A stretch of DNA of 64,000 nucleotides from a virus. Location: positions 66,268 through 130,267 of IMG/VR virus record IMGVR_UViG_3300020190_000012. One strand, 5' to 3'. The position numbers and the translations under genes are program-made. This document shows positions 49,063 through 59,784 of the stretch, piece by piece (position 1 is the first letter of the stretch; each line of letters begins with the position of its first letter). The notes beneath the pieces are model-generated. The model made no database searches. It had not been told where the DNA came from and saw only the letters and a program-made list of their open reading frames with translations.

Positions 49063-49302
49063 TCGTAATGAGCGGTTGCTCTATTTGGATGTCTAGTCGG
49101 AACCATTCTTGATGTTATGGGCGTACAGAAGACACAAATATCCAAAAGGTGTCATATCTTCTGCGTCTCCTGCTTGGTTTATGACTGCAATCTCTCCATC
49201 TCAATCACCAACTGCTCCACCAATATGTGAGCATGTTTCACCATCCTTGAAGACAGTGAAGGTTCCACTTCTATACGGAGTAAATTCCTGATGGTGGATG
49301 TG

Positions 49303-49796
49303 TCACTGGGGCTGAGGTGGCTCGGCAGTATTATCGGTCTTTGCGCGAATGAATTCCTGTCGTGGCATGTACGGGAAAGAGATCTCTCTTGCCTCGACAC
49401 CCTGAGGGGTGTTCTGATCTGAGATAATGACCACTGCATGAGCGTCGAACGAGGTTCCGTCCGCCCGACGGAACACATGGGCACAACGTGTGCTCTGCTG
49501 CTTCCCCTCGCCGTCGGTCGGATGCCACTCATCTTCTGTCCCGGTGAGCGGGGTGATGACTTGCATCTGGGAGAGGCGACCAAAGAGTGAAGACGCCAGC
49601 CACCTGCTGCGGTCGTCGCCAGGAAGACCCTCAAGGATCTCTAGCATCCTTATCACGGCTCCTTCGATTCGGACGATCCATGGGTCGATTGCCTGCCCCT
49701 GCCCAGCAGACTCCCTTGCCCTGGTGGCGACGACAAACTCTGAACGGGCAAAATCCGTCAGCATGGATACATTTACTTCATTTGCAACTTCAGTTG

Positions 49797-49800
<4 letters not shown>
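49303..49800 (-). CDS. hypothetical protein
   Basis: ITPLTG.EDEW...Q..RC..VF motif; ATGA-coupled. Confidence 0.75.
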
Positions 49801-50183
<383 letters not shown>

Positions 50184-50209
50184 GCCAACAATCTTACGAC
50201 TGTGGCGGG

Positions 50210-50752
50210 TCAGACCTGGGCGGCAAGCAACTTTTTCCACTCTTTGGGCACCACCAGGTCAAAAGCATCCTTGATACCCTCTCTACTGGACTCTGAAGCC
50301 ATCCTGATCATCTCTTTGAGCCTGTCGAGGGGATCTGCAACCGCAGGTAGGTACATCCGGAGGATGGTGTAGGACCCTGAAGGGTTGCTCATGCACATGT
50401 CCACGGCTAGTTGTCTCGATGATATGGAGTAAGCATGGTGAAGTTTTCCGTCATCTTCCATTTCTATTCCAGAACCATGCACTGAAATTACATATTCTGT
50501 TGAAAGATCGACCACCTCTTCTATATAATCCGGAATTTTTTGCACTAACTGCAAATAAGAAGTCATGTCACTTATATCTTTTTTGTATTCATCGGGTTTC
50601 TGCCATAGCGATTTTACTCGATCAGGTATTGTATCAATGCTGCCAAAAATGGCACGAAGTTCTTGGGCGTAAGTTCTTAGTCGACTGAGTGATTCCTTGC
50701 CAACGACATCATTTGGCCAAAAGTCGAGTGCACTTGGCCTACTGACAGTCAT
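50210..50752 (-). CDS. hypothetical protein
   Basis: 180-aa coupled ORF. Confidence 0.7.
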   Translation of the reverse strand: MTVSRPSALDFWPNDVVGKESLSRLRTYAQELRAIFGSIDTIPDRVKSLWQKPDEYKKDISDMTSYLQLVQKIPDYIEEVVDLSTEYVISVHGSGIEMEDDGKLHHAYSISSRQLAVDMCMSNPSGSYTILRMYLPAVADPLDRLKEMIRMASESSREGIKDAFDLVVPKEWKKLLAAQV

Positions 50753-51759
50753 CGATATATATCAATTATGATCTCTATCTCATCTTGCAGTTCTGATATC
50801 TTCTTTTCGCAACATTCGGCGTCCCCACAGTTGCGAAAGTCAGGAATCTCCAATTTGTTCAATTCATGATGAAAGTCGGCAGAGCGCATGAGATCTTTTG
50901 CACCTGATATCATACTTGCTGCCAAGTTCTCGCTGTCTCTGCACATGTCTTCCATGGGCATGTTGTAGCCAGACTTGGCCCTCTTCCACCAGGTTGCGGC
51001 ATCGGCGCCCTTGAGCTTGTGGTGTGATGTCATGTGCGGCTTCTTCCCAACTCTCTTCTTCTTCTCTGCAGTTCTCTTCTGTCTTGTGGCTCTTTTCTTT
51101 TCGTCGTCGCTCATGCCGCGCGATGTTGATGGGGTCTGGCGAGATACTTTTTTAGATGGACGACATTTTGGGTACGCCCCCTTTGAGGCATCACTTCTTC
51201 CACAAGGCGGGTGCTTCCCATCCTCGTCCCTGCGCGATATGTCAACCCACTTCTCCTTGAACCATCTGTCAAGGCTGGCGACCTTTTCCATGTCGTCTTC
51301 TACCTCTTCGTATGTCTCAGAGAATACTGCGCCATCTATTCTGTAGAACCCCTTGTCTCCGTCACGCATCAGCTGGTCGCCTGGCTTGAGCACCATATCT
51401 TCTCCCCATGATGCCTTGAAGTTTATCTCTTCTGGGCCTCCATACAGGGCCGCATACCTTATGTCCCCTTTAGGTCTGATGTCGCCGCCAATTTCCCCAT
51501 CGTATTTGTTGCTGAACTGACTACTGTCAACAACATATACTTCTCCCTTGGGTCCAGATATGAGTATATCCCCAGGCATCCCCTCCTTAGAGGTCTTATC
51601 AAGGTCTGTCACTATCCTCTCTCTCCTGCTAAGGACAGTGTAGGTGAGCGGCTGCATACTGCCATAATCGGCATCAGGCATATACCTGTAATTAATATTT
51701 GATTTCTTCCTGACAGGCCTAAATTGCAGTCCTGATGCTATTTCCTGTATGTCTGCCAT
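50749..51759 (-). CDS. modular protein: PGD-repeat domain + basic RWFKEKWVD domain + tagged C-terminal module
   Basis: PGD..I.GP.GE.Y-like motif twice; EKVAS-LDRWFKEKWVDISR..CGR...YPKC.P; TWWKRAKS; GGAGG RBS before ATG 51759. Confidence 0.75.
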   Translation of the reverse strand: MADIQEIASGLQFRPVRKKSNINYRYMPDADYGSMQPLTYTVLSRRERIVTDLDKTSKEGMPGDILISGPKGEVYVVDSSQFSNKYDGEIGGDIRPKGDIRYAALYGGPEEINFKASWGEDMVLKPGDQLMRDGDKGFYRIDGAVFSETYEEVEDDMEKVASLDRWFKEKWVDISRRDEDGKHPPCGRSDASKGAYPKCRPSKKVSRQTPSTSRGMSDDEKKRATRQKRTAEKKKRVGKKPHMTSHHKLKGADAATWWKRAKSGYNMPMEDMCRDSENLAASMISGAKDLMRSADFHHELNKLEIPDFRNCGDAECCEKKISELQDEIEIIIDIYR

Positions 51760-51808
51760 CCTGTCCTCCATTAAACAATATTTAACAAAAATAATGCACC
51801 AACCCTTT

Positions 51809-54800
51809 TTAAGATATGCCAATCATGGAGGCGACTTGAGACTTCCAGTTTTGGATGGCCTGCTGAATGCTCATGCCACTATTGTTCTCTCGAAGGAGAT
51901 TCCCCACCCTTTCTTCCAATTTGGACGATGTGCCTCCCCCCCAGACCTCTCTGTCAGCCAGTATGTAGGGTGGAAGAACTCCGAAATGACGGAAAATATT
52001 AAGCTTGTGTTCGGTGTGAAAATCATCAAATAGCAATTTGAAAACAAATGACACTATCTCAGTTGCCCTCGGGTAGTTAGTATTCATCAATTGTGAAAAA
52101 AGTGCTTCTAGAAATAATCTTTTGCAAATTCTATTGCCACTCTTTGCGCACTCTTTGGCCACTTCTATCACAGCAAATTCTGGCACGCCTTTTTTGGGTT
52201 CCAACTGCCACGGGAGTATCCCGCCCTTGTTCCCGAGATTTCCGATCATTATTTTTTTTGAATAATCGCTCAAATGCCCATGTACTCTGCAGTACCTTTC
52301 TGCATATTCTATAACCCTCTTGTCTCCCAGGATCTCTTGACGGTACATGTCTATCATGTCTTTTATTATGGTGGGTAATTCACTGTCTTCGTTCGCCTCA
52401 TTAAGTTGAGCCATTGCAGGAGACCAATATTGGAATTTTTTGCTACTTAGGTATGATCTTTCTATAAGGTCAGCAGCAGCTTGTGAATCTGGAAGCATTT
52501 TTTTCATGACCTGTGGATTGAGATCACTTAATGGAGAATTTGAGCCATCATCTTTGTGATGTGTATATATTGACATGCCCTCATCTCCCAAGTCTCCAGA
52601 GAGCATTGCAAGAGCCCACAGCCTTTTTATCCATCGACATGGACTTGCTTGCTGTGCAATACTGATCCTGATCCAATTGTCAATCAGGTGTGAATGCATC
52701 AGAGCAAAGACAAGATCCGCAAACGACTCAGGTGTGCTGTCACTGTTCTCCTTGGCAATATTCTTGATCACATTGCCGAGTTTTTCGGCAAAAACATTTC
52801 GCCTTGACCAACCAGTGTCAAAACCTCCAGATTCCGTCATCATGGTGGCTTCCGCTCTCCAACTGGCAAGCCCGTACAGGTGCACAGTAGAACTGAATGA
52901 TTCAAGCAAATTTCGATCTGCCGCCATATTTAGTAGAAATTGCTTCAGTCTACTTTCAGACCCTCCCTGCACGAGAGCCTCAAGGCGTCTAATTATCAAA
53001 TTCATGAAAGATTGACCGGATTGCAAATCATCGAGCGCATCGTTTTCATTGCCTTCCCATTCCGTATCAGATACATATCTAAGAAGAAATTCTGACATTT
53101 CAGGATTCGCATTTTGTTCTACAAACCTTACGAACCCCTTGGGCATCGGTCGACCAAGCACGACTGCCCTCCATGCATCCCTATCAAGTTCATCTCCATG
53201 CTCGTTGACTACTGATGTTTTCACAATGCTGTACATATCATTTTCTTCTGGTTCTTCGGATCCAAAATATTCTTCGATGTGCTCGTCATGCATGGAGTTG
53301 ATTCTTGCCGTATATCCCTCACCTTGGTGTTTTGGATTTTTGGGTGTTATAAAAAACAGGCTTCCCACCTTATTCAGCGGTAGGACATCGGATCCTCGTC
53401 CTTTGTAGATGTCATACACCAAGAGAGGCTTGGCCACGCCGTCTGAATCGATGCCCGTATGGTCTTGGTGGGTGCTGTGTGCACTGATTGCAGGAGCCGT
53501 TGCAAGCATTTCAACACGCCAATGCATGTTCTCTCCGATTTTGAATGTCTTCTTGTATTTCATGATGGCTTCGGTCTCTGCCATGTTCTTCTTGTGCTGA
53601 TGATGCCACCCGAACATAAATTCTTCAAAATCATTTGCTGTTTTTGTCTTCATGATGCTCAACAGTGTGCCTGCTTCGCCATATTTCTCCATCAGTTGTG
53701 GAAGAAAACGCATGGCACTGACATACATGCCAGGCCATCCGCCATATTGCTCACAAATGACAATCATGTGATTGTGTAAGACATCTGGCACATCGTTTGT
53801 CAGTGCGTATTCCCAAACACTCCTCAGTGATCTTTCTGTCATTTTCAGCTTCTCCGCTCCGACTGGCGGCTGCCATGGGCTGCTCATCCTCTTGCTTGCC
53901 GCAGACAGCATGGTGCGTATCAACCCATCGAACCTGTCCTTCCGCAGGAGGGGAGTTGAGGCAGACGCCGTCTTCTGTGGGGTCTCCAATTCTCCGCCGC
54001 CCATCCTTTGGAGCCACCAGACCGCAGCCTGCCTCCCCTCATCGTCCCTGAACCTGCCATCCCTCAGCAGTTTGCCAACGACTGGTTCAAGCCATTCATC
54101 CTTAATCCTTGGGGGGGCATCTTTATTCTTCTCTGAAATGAGATAATTTGTCAGCTTGTTGATGTAAGAATTCTCGTCGATCTCACCAGAAAGCATGGCA
54201 TCTGAAAGCAGCTGATTGATAAACTCTGGCTGTTTTGCGAGCAGGAAACTGTCCATGATTCGGCTCTGGATTTCCCGCTTCTTATCAGCCATGACATGGT
54301 AGGGCGGATCCCCCCTCATCAACATCTCAAGATATTTTGCGGACCACTCTGGGAAGTTGTTTTCATAAAATAACCCAGGCCAATCGATTATAATCTGCCT
54401 GAAAGTTTTGAACTTTTCTCCATCAACTTTACCGCTCATGATCTCGTCAAATTCTTTCATGAGCCATGACGGAGGATATGCGTTCTTATCGAACCAATCC
54501 AAGATTAATTTGGTGGCCTGCTCGTGCCTGTTCTCGCCAAGACCATTAACCGCAGGTCGCAGCAATCTTTGCAACGCAACTGGAAAGTTAGAATTTGGAC
54601 GGTCTGTCATATTGACCCAAGTTGGACCAGCATAATTTAGACTGCTAAGTGCGACCAGGTGCATTGACTGGAGCAGTTTTGTGGAAATCGGTTTTTCTAA
54701 CATCTCTAAAACTATTTTACCAACTGAGCCATACGGAAGTTCGTCAACGACCCAGCTGGCTAATTTGTCGTATTCAATTTTTTCCTTGTTGGCCCTTTCA

Positions 54801-55165
54801 AGCATCCATGGTGACGAGAGCGAAATGTACAAAGCCACATTGAAGATCGAACCAGCGAGCCAAGCGAACAGCAGCCTATGCCCTCCAGGTATGTCGTTCG
54901 GATTGTTCATCACCCTCTTCAGAACCTTGATTTCTAGTTCTGTCAGCTGCACACCCATGACGGTGTCCACCGAATTATTTCCTAACCTTGCGATCATGTT
55001 CCCTATAACATACTCAAAAACTTCTTTGTTCCGAAATACATTCGATGCTACCCGTTCCATGTTATGGTCGGTTTCTGCGACATAGTAGGCTGTTTGATGT
55101 CTTCTGATTGCTTCTGATTCAGCAACCTTGATGAGACCATCTTCTGATCTGTATATATTCTTCAT
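51809..55165 (-). CDS. large hypothetical protein (1118 aa)
   Basis: N-terminal LIKVAE, internal QKTAS; helical. Confidence 0.8.
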   Translation of the reverse strand: MKNIYRSEDGLIKVAESEAIRRHQTAYYVAETDHNMERVASNVFRNKEVFEYVIGNMIARLGNNSVDTVMGVQLTELEIKVLKRVMNNPNDIPGGHRLLFAWLAGSIFNVALYISLSSPWMLERANKEKIEYDKLASWVVDELPYGSVGKIVLEMLEKPISTKLLQSMHLVALSSLNYAGPTWVNMTDRPNSNFPVALQRLLRPAVNGLGENRHEQATKLILDWFDKNAYPPSWLMKEFDEIMSGKVDGEKFKTFRQIIIDWPGLFYENNFPEWSAKYLEMLMRGDPPYHVMADKKREIQSRIMDSFLLAKQPEFINQLLSDAMLSGEIDENSYINKLTNYLISEKNKDAPPRIKDEWLEPVVGKLLRDGRFRDDEGRQAAVWWLQRMGGGELETPQKTASASTPLLRKDRFDGLIRTMLSAASKRMSSPWQPPVGAEKLKMTERSLRSVWEYALTNDVPDVLHNHMIVICEQYGGWPGMYVSAMRFLPQLMEKYGEAGTLLSIMKTKTANDFEEFMFGWHHQHKKNMAETEAIMKYKKTFKIGENMHWRVEMLATAPAISAHSTHQDHTGIDSDGVAKPLLVYDIYKGRGSDVLPLNKVGSLFFITPKNPKHQGEGYTARINSMHDEHIEEYFGSEEPEENDMYSIVKTSVVNEHGDELDRDAWRAVVLGRPMPKGFVRFVEQNANPEMSEFLLRYVSDTEWEGNENDALDDLQSGQSFMNLIIRRLEALVQGGSESRLKQFLLNMAADRNLLESFSSTVHLYGLASWRAEATMMTESGGFDTGWSRRNVFAEKLGNVIKNIAKENSDSTPESFADLVFALMHSHLIDNWIRISIAQQASPCRWIKRLWALAMLSGDLGDEGMSIYTHHKDDGSNSPLSDLNPQVMKKMLPDSQAAADLIERSYLSSKKFQYWSPAMAQLNEANEDSELPTIIKDMIDMYRQEILGDKRVIEYAERYCRVHGHLSDYSKKIMIGNLGNKGGILPWQLEPKKGVPEFAVIEVAKECAKSGNRICKRLFLEALFSQLMNTNYPRATEIVSFVFKLLFDDFHTEHKLNIFRHFGVLPPYILADREVWGGGTSSKLEERVGNLLRENNSGMSIQQAIQNWKSQVASMIGIS

Positions 55166-55176
55166 CTAGGTGTTAA

Positions 55177-55201
55177 TTTCCAACAGACTTTCCCCACTCC
55201 T
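55177..55201 (-). promoter_or_regulatory. putative phage promoter AGG-N18-GAAA
   Basis: AGG AGTGGGGAAAGTCTGTTG GAAATTAACAC. Confidence 0.55.
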
Positions 55202-55275
55202 CTTGATATTGCAATCATCCTTGGGAGGTTACAAGCATATAATTCAATAACGAAGTCTGTCGACATCGGAGAAAA

Positions 55276-55467
55276 ATGACATCCCAGAAACGCATACAAT
55301 TTGTACTCAAAGACCGCTATATCTACGAACAAAAGACCAAGGCATATGGATTGTACAATTCATGTAATTTTGTTTCAAGAACCTTGGAGTCAATGGGGCA
55401 TGTCACCGATGTGGTGCAGGTTGTTGATGCAAACGGCATAGACAAGGAGGTTCACAGATTCACATGA
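55276..55467 (+). pseudogene. probable truncated glycosyltransferase N-terminus
   Basis: GLYNS..FV...L...G....V.V.D.N.ID.EV resembles the start of a longer phage GT family; stops at 63 aa. Confidence 0.45.
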
Positions 55468-55496
55468 CCACAAAGTACGGCTCTGAACTTGGTATG

Positions 55497-56243
55497 TCAA
55501 CCTGTTTTGTTGATAGTCCATCCCGATGCTGTCTTCACCCATCCATATGAGGTTGCCTTGCCGAAGAGCCTAGCAAAGAAACCCGGCTTCTTCTTTTCTG
55601 ACCAACTTTGCTCTGGTTCGTGAATATCGACCTCCACAGAGCCGCGCTTTATGACCATGCTTGCCACCGATGCCGGCCCCCCCGACCTACCCCTCAGCGA
55701 AAGATACTCGAGCGGACTGAATGAGGCATACGCCTTCACGGTGACACGATGTCCTGTTGTTTGGAGGTTTTCAATTATAACAGAGGCGTCCTGCTTTTCG
55801 TCACGCTTGTTGTAGTGTTCAGGTCTGACATTCTCTGTGTAGTCCAAATCTGCCCTATAGCCGTGAGTGGTGCTTTCTGAGACATGCTGCTGCTGACCGC
55901 TACGCATGACATAGACTGTCCCATACTCATAGCCTCCGAGTTTTAGTTGCTCACCCGAAGTCTTGTATCCAATTGTGTCCTTTATTTTGCCGAGGGCATC
56001 ATTCGACAGTTTTGCGACATCGAAGCGCTCTCTATCGTTGTCCGTATATGACTTCCATTCGCCAACTTCTCCACCAGAATGTCCTGTCACCCCCATCATG
56101 TTACCCATGCCCGAAACTTTTTTCATGTTCTCGTTTCCCGTTTTGTGGTTGTACATGGCAGACTTGATCCACCCTGCCATCCTGCCGATTTTTTCCAAAG
56201 ATTCTATGTCCACGACTAGCAACATATTTCCATCTATCCACAC
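55497..56243 (-). CDS. hypothetical protein with tags at both ends
   Basis: LEKIGRMAGWIKSA near N-terminus, GWVKTAS near C-terminus. Confidence 0.75.
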   Translation of the reverse strand: MWIDGNMLLVVDIESLEKIGRMAGWIKSAMYNHKTGNENMKKVSGMGNMMGVTGHSGGEVGEWKSYTDNDRERFDVAKLSNDALGKIKDTIGYKTSGEQLKLGGYEYGTVYVMRSGQQQHVSESTTHGYRADLDYTENVRPEHYNKRDEKQDASVIIENLQTTGHRVTVKAYASFSPLEYLSLRGRSGGPASVASMVIKRGSVEVDIHEPEQSWSEKKKPGFFARLFGKATSYGWVKTASGWTINKTG

Positions 56244-56326
56244 TACATCCTCTAGTCTGTTTATGTCGCATTTTGGCGTACTGCTTGTAAAAATATGCAG
56301 GATATGGTCTTGTATGTGTAAATATA

Positions 56327-57688
56327 TTGTGTAGGAGATGTAAAATTCATCGCAAATTTTCCAAATCAGAGTGGCTCAAGATAGGCAGAAGAACAGGGTG
56401 GCTGAGCAACTATCCATCGCATCCAAGGTCTGACGGCATTGTCATTTTTGGAATTTCCGGGGATCTTGCCAAAAAACAAATATTCTCTGCACTCCATGGT
56501 TTGGCCCATGATGGCAAGTTGGACATGCCAGTGATTGGCTTCGCAAGAGAAAAATTATCAAACAGTCAACTGGTCGACATGATGCGTTCCAATGTCGAGG
56601 ACGCAGAAGAAAATGTAATTAAAGAAGTAGCAGAGCGCCTGCACTACATCAGTGGCGATGTGGAAAGCCCACAAGACTTCAATGAACTGAAGGCATCGCT
56701 TCGTGGCTGCAGGCATCCCCTCATCTACCTGGCACTCCCGCCCCAAGCATTCAAGCCTGCAATACTTGGTCTGAAGAATTCAGGATGCAATCGCGGCTCC
56801 AGACTGGTGATTGAGAAGCCTTTCGGCGAGGACAGGGAATCTGCACGGGAACTCAACAGGGTTGTTCATTCTGCATTCGACGAGGCAGATGTCTTCAGAA
56901 TGGATCACTTCCTCGGCAAGGATGGGGTGCGCAGCATCCTTGACATCAGGTTTGACGACCCTGAGCTTGACCGCTTCTGGAACAGCAAGAACATCACATC
57001 TGTGGAGATATCCATGGTGGAAGACTTCGGCATCAAGGAGAGGGGTCAGTTTTACGACCACGCAGGATGCATCAGGGACGTGGTGCAGAACCACCTGATG
57101 CAGGTTCTGTCCTTCCTGTGCATGGAGCCATATGGCGCAGGCGACTCGATCCGTGACAAGAAGTCAGACCTCCTGTCCAGGGTTGCCCAGGTGAACCCTG
57201 AAGATCTCGTCGTCGGTCAGTTTGAGGGATATCTCAAGGAGCCGGGGGTCAAATCGGGGTCCAAAACAGAGACATATGCAGCCATGAAGATGTCCATCAA
57301 CAACCCGAGATGGAAAGGAACGACATTCCACCTCAGATCCGGGAAGCGCATGCCCATCACCAGCACCGAGGTGGTCATCAAGATGCGGAAGGTTCCCGAT
57401 GTCGAATGGCCAGAAAACTGCGTGGTTGATGGGGATATTTTGCGCATCCAACTGGAGACCCACCAGCAGATCCCCACCTATGAACGTCTTTTCAGCATGG
57501 CCATGGTCGGAGATGCAACATTCTTCTCAAGAAAAGACGAGGTTGATCACCAGTGGAGAATATTTGATCGGGTTGTAGGTGGTCAGCCCAAAACGCAAAA
57601 ATATGAACAGGGGACATGGGGGCCTGACTCTTCAGGCGTTGGCCCAGCGAGCGGATGGACGAAGCCCATGGAACCAGATCAGGAATGA
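56327..57688 (+). CDS. zwf: glucose-6-phosphate dehydrogenase with N-terminal tag
   Basis: IFGISGDLA, YLALPP, EKPFG, RMDHFLGK, DVVQNH, RSGKR; start may be ATT 56345. Confidence 0.93.
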   Translation: MCRRCKIHRKFSKSEWLKIGRRTGWLSNYPSHPRSDGIVIFGISGDLAKKQIFSALHGLAHDGKLDMPVIGFAREKLSNSQLVDMMRSNVEDAEENVIKEVAERLHYISGDVESPQDFNELKASLRGCRHPLIYLALPPQAFKPAILGLKNSGCNRGSRLVIEKPFGEDRESARELNRVVHSAFDEADVFRMDHFLGKDGVRSILDIRFDDPELDRFWNSKNITSVEISMVEDFGIKERGQFYDHAGCIRDVVQNHLMQVLSFLCMEPYGAGDSIRDKKSDLLSRVAQVNPEDLVVGQFEGYLKEPGVKSGSKTETYAAMKMSINNPRWKGTTFHLRSGKRMPITSTEVVIKMRKVPDVEWPENCVVDGDILRIQLETHQQIPTYERLFSMAMVGDATFFSRKDEVDHQWRIFDRVVGGQPKTQKYEQGTWGPDSSGVGPASGWTKPMEPDQE

Positions 57689-57692
57689 GCAC

Positions 57693-58760
57693 ATGAAGAA
57701 CATATTTAACCTATACAAGTCAACGCATGCAAAACTTGCATCCCGCAAGCCAAAGGTGCTCGTCGTCTCCATTTCGGGGATGATTGAGAAGAAAGACCTG
57801 CAGCCCATCAGTGATGTTGCGGACATGAAATTGGTTATAACGGAACCCATATCCGAGCAGAAGTTGGCGCAGATGTGCTCTGGCTTCGACCACCTGATGC
57901 TCAACATGGACGCAGTCAAAATGAAGGGCAATTCTAAGCTCACCAAATCTTTCTACTCAAACCCAGGCACTGCCGATCTCCAGTCAATATGCGTTGACAT
58001 GACAGGCCTTGACTATTTCAGCCCCCATGAAGCATCTGCTGCTGGCGTGCAACTGACTTCTGTGGATAACTATTCAACCAGAAGCGTTGCTGAAACTGTC
58101 CTGTGCGAGGTTCTCCTCCACTCCAGAAACAGACACCTTGCTTACATGGATGTTGTTTCAGGAAAAGATGCCAAAACCCGCAAGGGTATCAATCTGCTCA
58201 ACAAGAGGGCGGGGATCGTCGGTTGCGGCAACATCGGTTCGGAGGTTGCACAACTCTTGCGCTGCACGGGGATGGATGTTATCGGCTGGAACCATGCGCC
58301 CAAGCCCGGCCTGGAGATCACGCCACTCAAAACCCTGTTCTCCCAGTGCGATGTGATCTGCATCAGCATGAAGACGGTCAGCGAAGGTGAAGGTAAAAAT
58401 CTGGGGATGATCGATGGAGATTTGCTTGGTCGGTGCAGGGGTGCCATCGTCGTCAACCTCGCCAATGCCGTATTGGTGGACAACGCCGCCATGTCCTCCG
58501 CAATCGAGAACGGTAAGGTGATCGGATATTCTGTCGGAGGAAAAGACCTTAAGGACAGCCCTTCCGAATTGAAGATTCTTTCTGCTCACAAATGCGTCCA
58601 CATCTGCGCAGATGACGCATGGGATTCCGACGAAACGCGCTCTATCCTGAAGGAGCGCTGGGTCGGGAATATGCTTGACACAATTTCCTCGCCGCACGGA
58701 TCTGCAGATGAACTCGTGAAGGCTAGTATGCGTATGCTCATGCGGCGTAGGCACTTGTAG
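57693..58760 (+). CDS. D-2-hydroxyacid dehydrogenase-like protein, degenerate active site
   Basis: YSTRSVAE, GIVGCGNIG, CDVI; canonical NxxRG and TPH motifs altered. Confidence 0.8.
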   Translation: MKNIFNLYKSTHAKLASRKPKVLVVSISGMIEKKDLQPISDVADMKLVITEPISEQKLAQMCSGFDHLMLNMDAVKMKGNSKLTKSFYSNPGTADLQSICVDMTGLDYFSPHEASAAGVQLTSVDNYSTRSVAETVLCEVLLHSRNRHLAYMDVVSGKDAKTRKGINLLNKRAGIVGCGNIGSEVAQLLRCTGMDVIGWNHAPKPGLEITPLKTLFSQCDVICISMKTVSEGEGKNLGMIDGDLLGRCRGAIVVNLANAVLVDNAAMSSAIENGKVIGYSVGGKDLKDSPSELKILSAHKCVHICADDAWDSDETRSILKERWVGNMLDTISSPHGSADELVKASMRMLMRRRHL

Positions 58761-58770
58761 GGAGGTTCAC

Positions 58771-58869
58771 ATGGATGAGGATGATTTCAATACTGTTGCA
58801 ACCAAGTTCATAACTGCAACAGCAAGCTTCATTTTGGGGATGATCATCGCGCAGATGTTCGGGTTCTAG
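58771..58869 (+). CDS. 32-aa membrane peptide (not in ORF track)
   Basis: GGAGG RBS; MDEDDFNTVATKFITATASFILGMIIAQMFGF. Confidence 0.5.
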   Translation: MDEDDFNTVATKFITATASFILGMIIAQMFGF

Positions 58870-59011
58870 AATATCCGCCGACCGTCTCCCACGTAAATTT
58901 TTTTTTACAGACCCCCTCTCTGGGGGCGCAGGGTTTTTTTTAGAAAATATATTTCCGGGGGGTTATATACGAAAACTCTGGGTTGGTTTTGAGATGGGGG
59001 TGCATCCCCCT

Positions 59012-59740
59012 TCAGAAGTATTTGCTCTCCAGTTGGGCCCGCATCTGGTCAAAGACCTTTTCGGCATGCGCTTCTGAGCCCATTTCCATCAGTGACTCCA
59101 TCACTCTCTTCACAATTCCTCCAGGGTTGAGCTCATTCCCATTGGTGACAACCACTACCCGACCACGTGGTTTCTTCACTTCCATGTAGATAGGTTTCGC
59201 ATTTGTCACTTTGAGTTCTTCCCTGTTCAGCATGTATGTGATGATAAATTCCCCTGATGCTGTCACCCCGTCCATGCCAGGTATACTGATCCCCTCCAAC
59301 CTGCCCTTCCACTCCCCTTCGACTTCGTCCACCCACTCACCACTGTTCGGGTCGTGGATCATGCCGCTCTCCTCCATCGTCTTCCACTCGAGTTGGCTGT
59401 AGTGATCTTCGTCCAGTATGGGATAGTTTTCTAACTGCTCTCCTATCTTCTCCGCCTCTGCCAGTGCCCCCCTGTCTGACTCGTGGATGGCAAGCCACTC
59501 GACCCATCCCACCGCAAAGTGGCTCTCAGTCACCGCCTGCACTGTCTCTGATTCGGGTATCCTCTCCAGCTGCACCTCCCAGTTCGAGTTATCCAGGATT
59601 TCCGAATCTCGGTGGCGTCTGACGGGGGCCGCATACCAGCCATCCCATTCCGCACCGAAATAATTGCTCGGGGTTCTCCAGCGCTTCAGGTGCCTGAAGC
59701 CAACCTCCCCCTCACCTTCAGCCCTCTTGAACCAGTTCAT
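59012..59740 (-). CDS. hypothetical protein with tag (start revised to MNWFKRAE)
   Basis: GGAG RBS and promoter motif upstream; RDS..LD.SNW, H.AVGWVEWL, L..YPILDE motifs. Confidence 0.75.
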   Translation of the reverse strand: MNWFKRAEGEGEVGFRHLKRWRTPSNYFGAEWDGWYAAPVRRHRDSEILDNSNWEVQLERIPESETVQAVTESHFAVGWVEWLAIHESDRGALAEAEKIGEQLENYPILDEDHYSQLEWKTMEESGMIHDPNSGEWVDEVEGEWKGRLEGISIPGMDGVTASGEFIITYMLNREELKVTNAKPIYMEVKKPRGRVVVVTNGNELNPGGIVKRVMESLMEMGSEAHAEKVFDQMRAQLESKYF

Positions 59741-59759
59741 GGTGTCTCCACACGACATC

Positions 59760-59784
59760 TTACATGGCACTGGAGAACACACCT
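59760..59784 (-). promoter_or_regulatory. putative phage promoter AGG-N18-GTAA
   Basis: AGG TGTGTTCTCCAGTGCCAT GTAAGAT. Confidence 0.55.

Noticed and set aside
49094-49303. TGA read-through or alternative genetic code
   Set aside because: The frame continues past TGA here, but well-defined genes end at TGA, TAG and TAA with coupled neighbours, and no suppressor tRNA is present.
58890-59011. Homopolymer-rich gap as origin or phase-variable site
   Set aside because: A weak hairpin plus T-runs between convergent genes explains it adequately; no further support.
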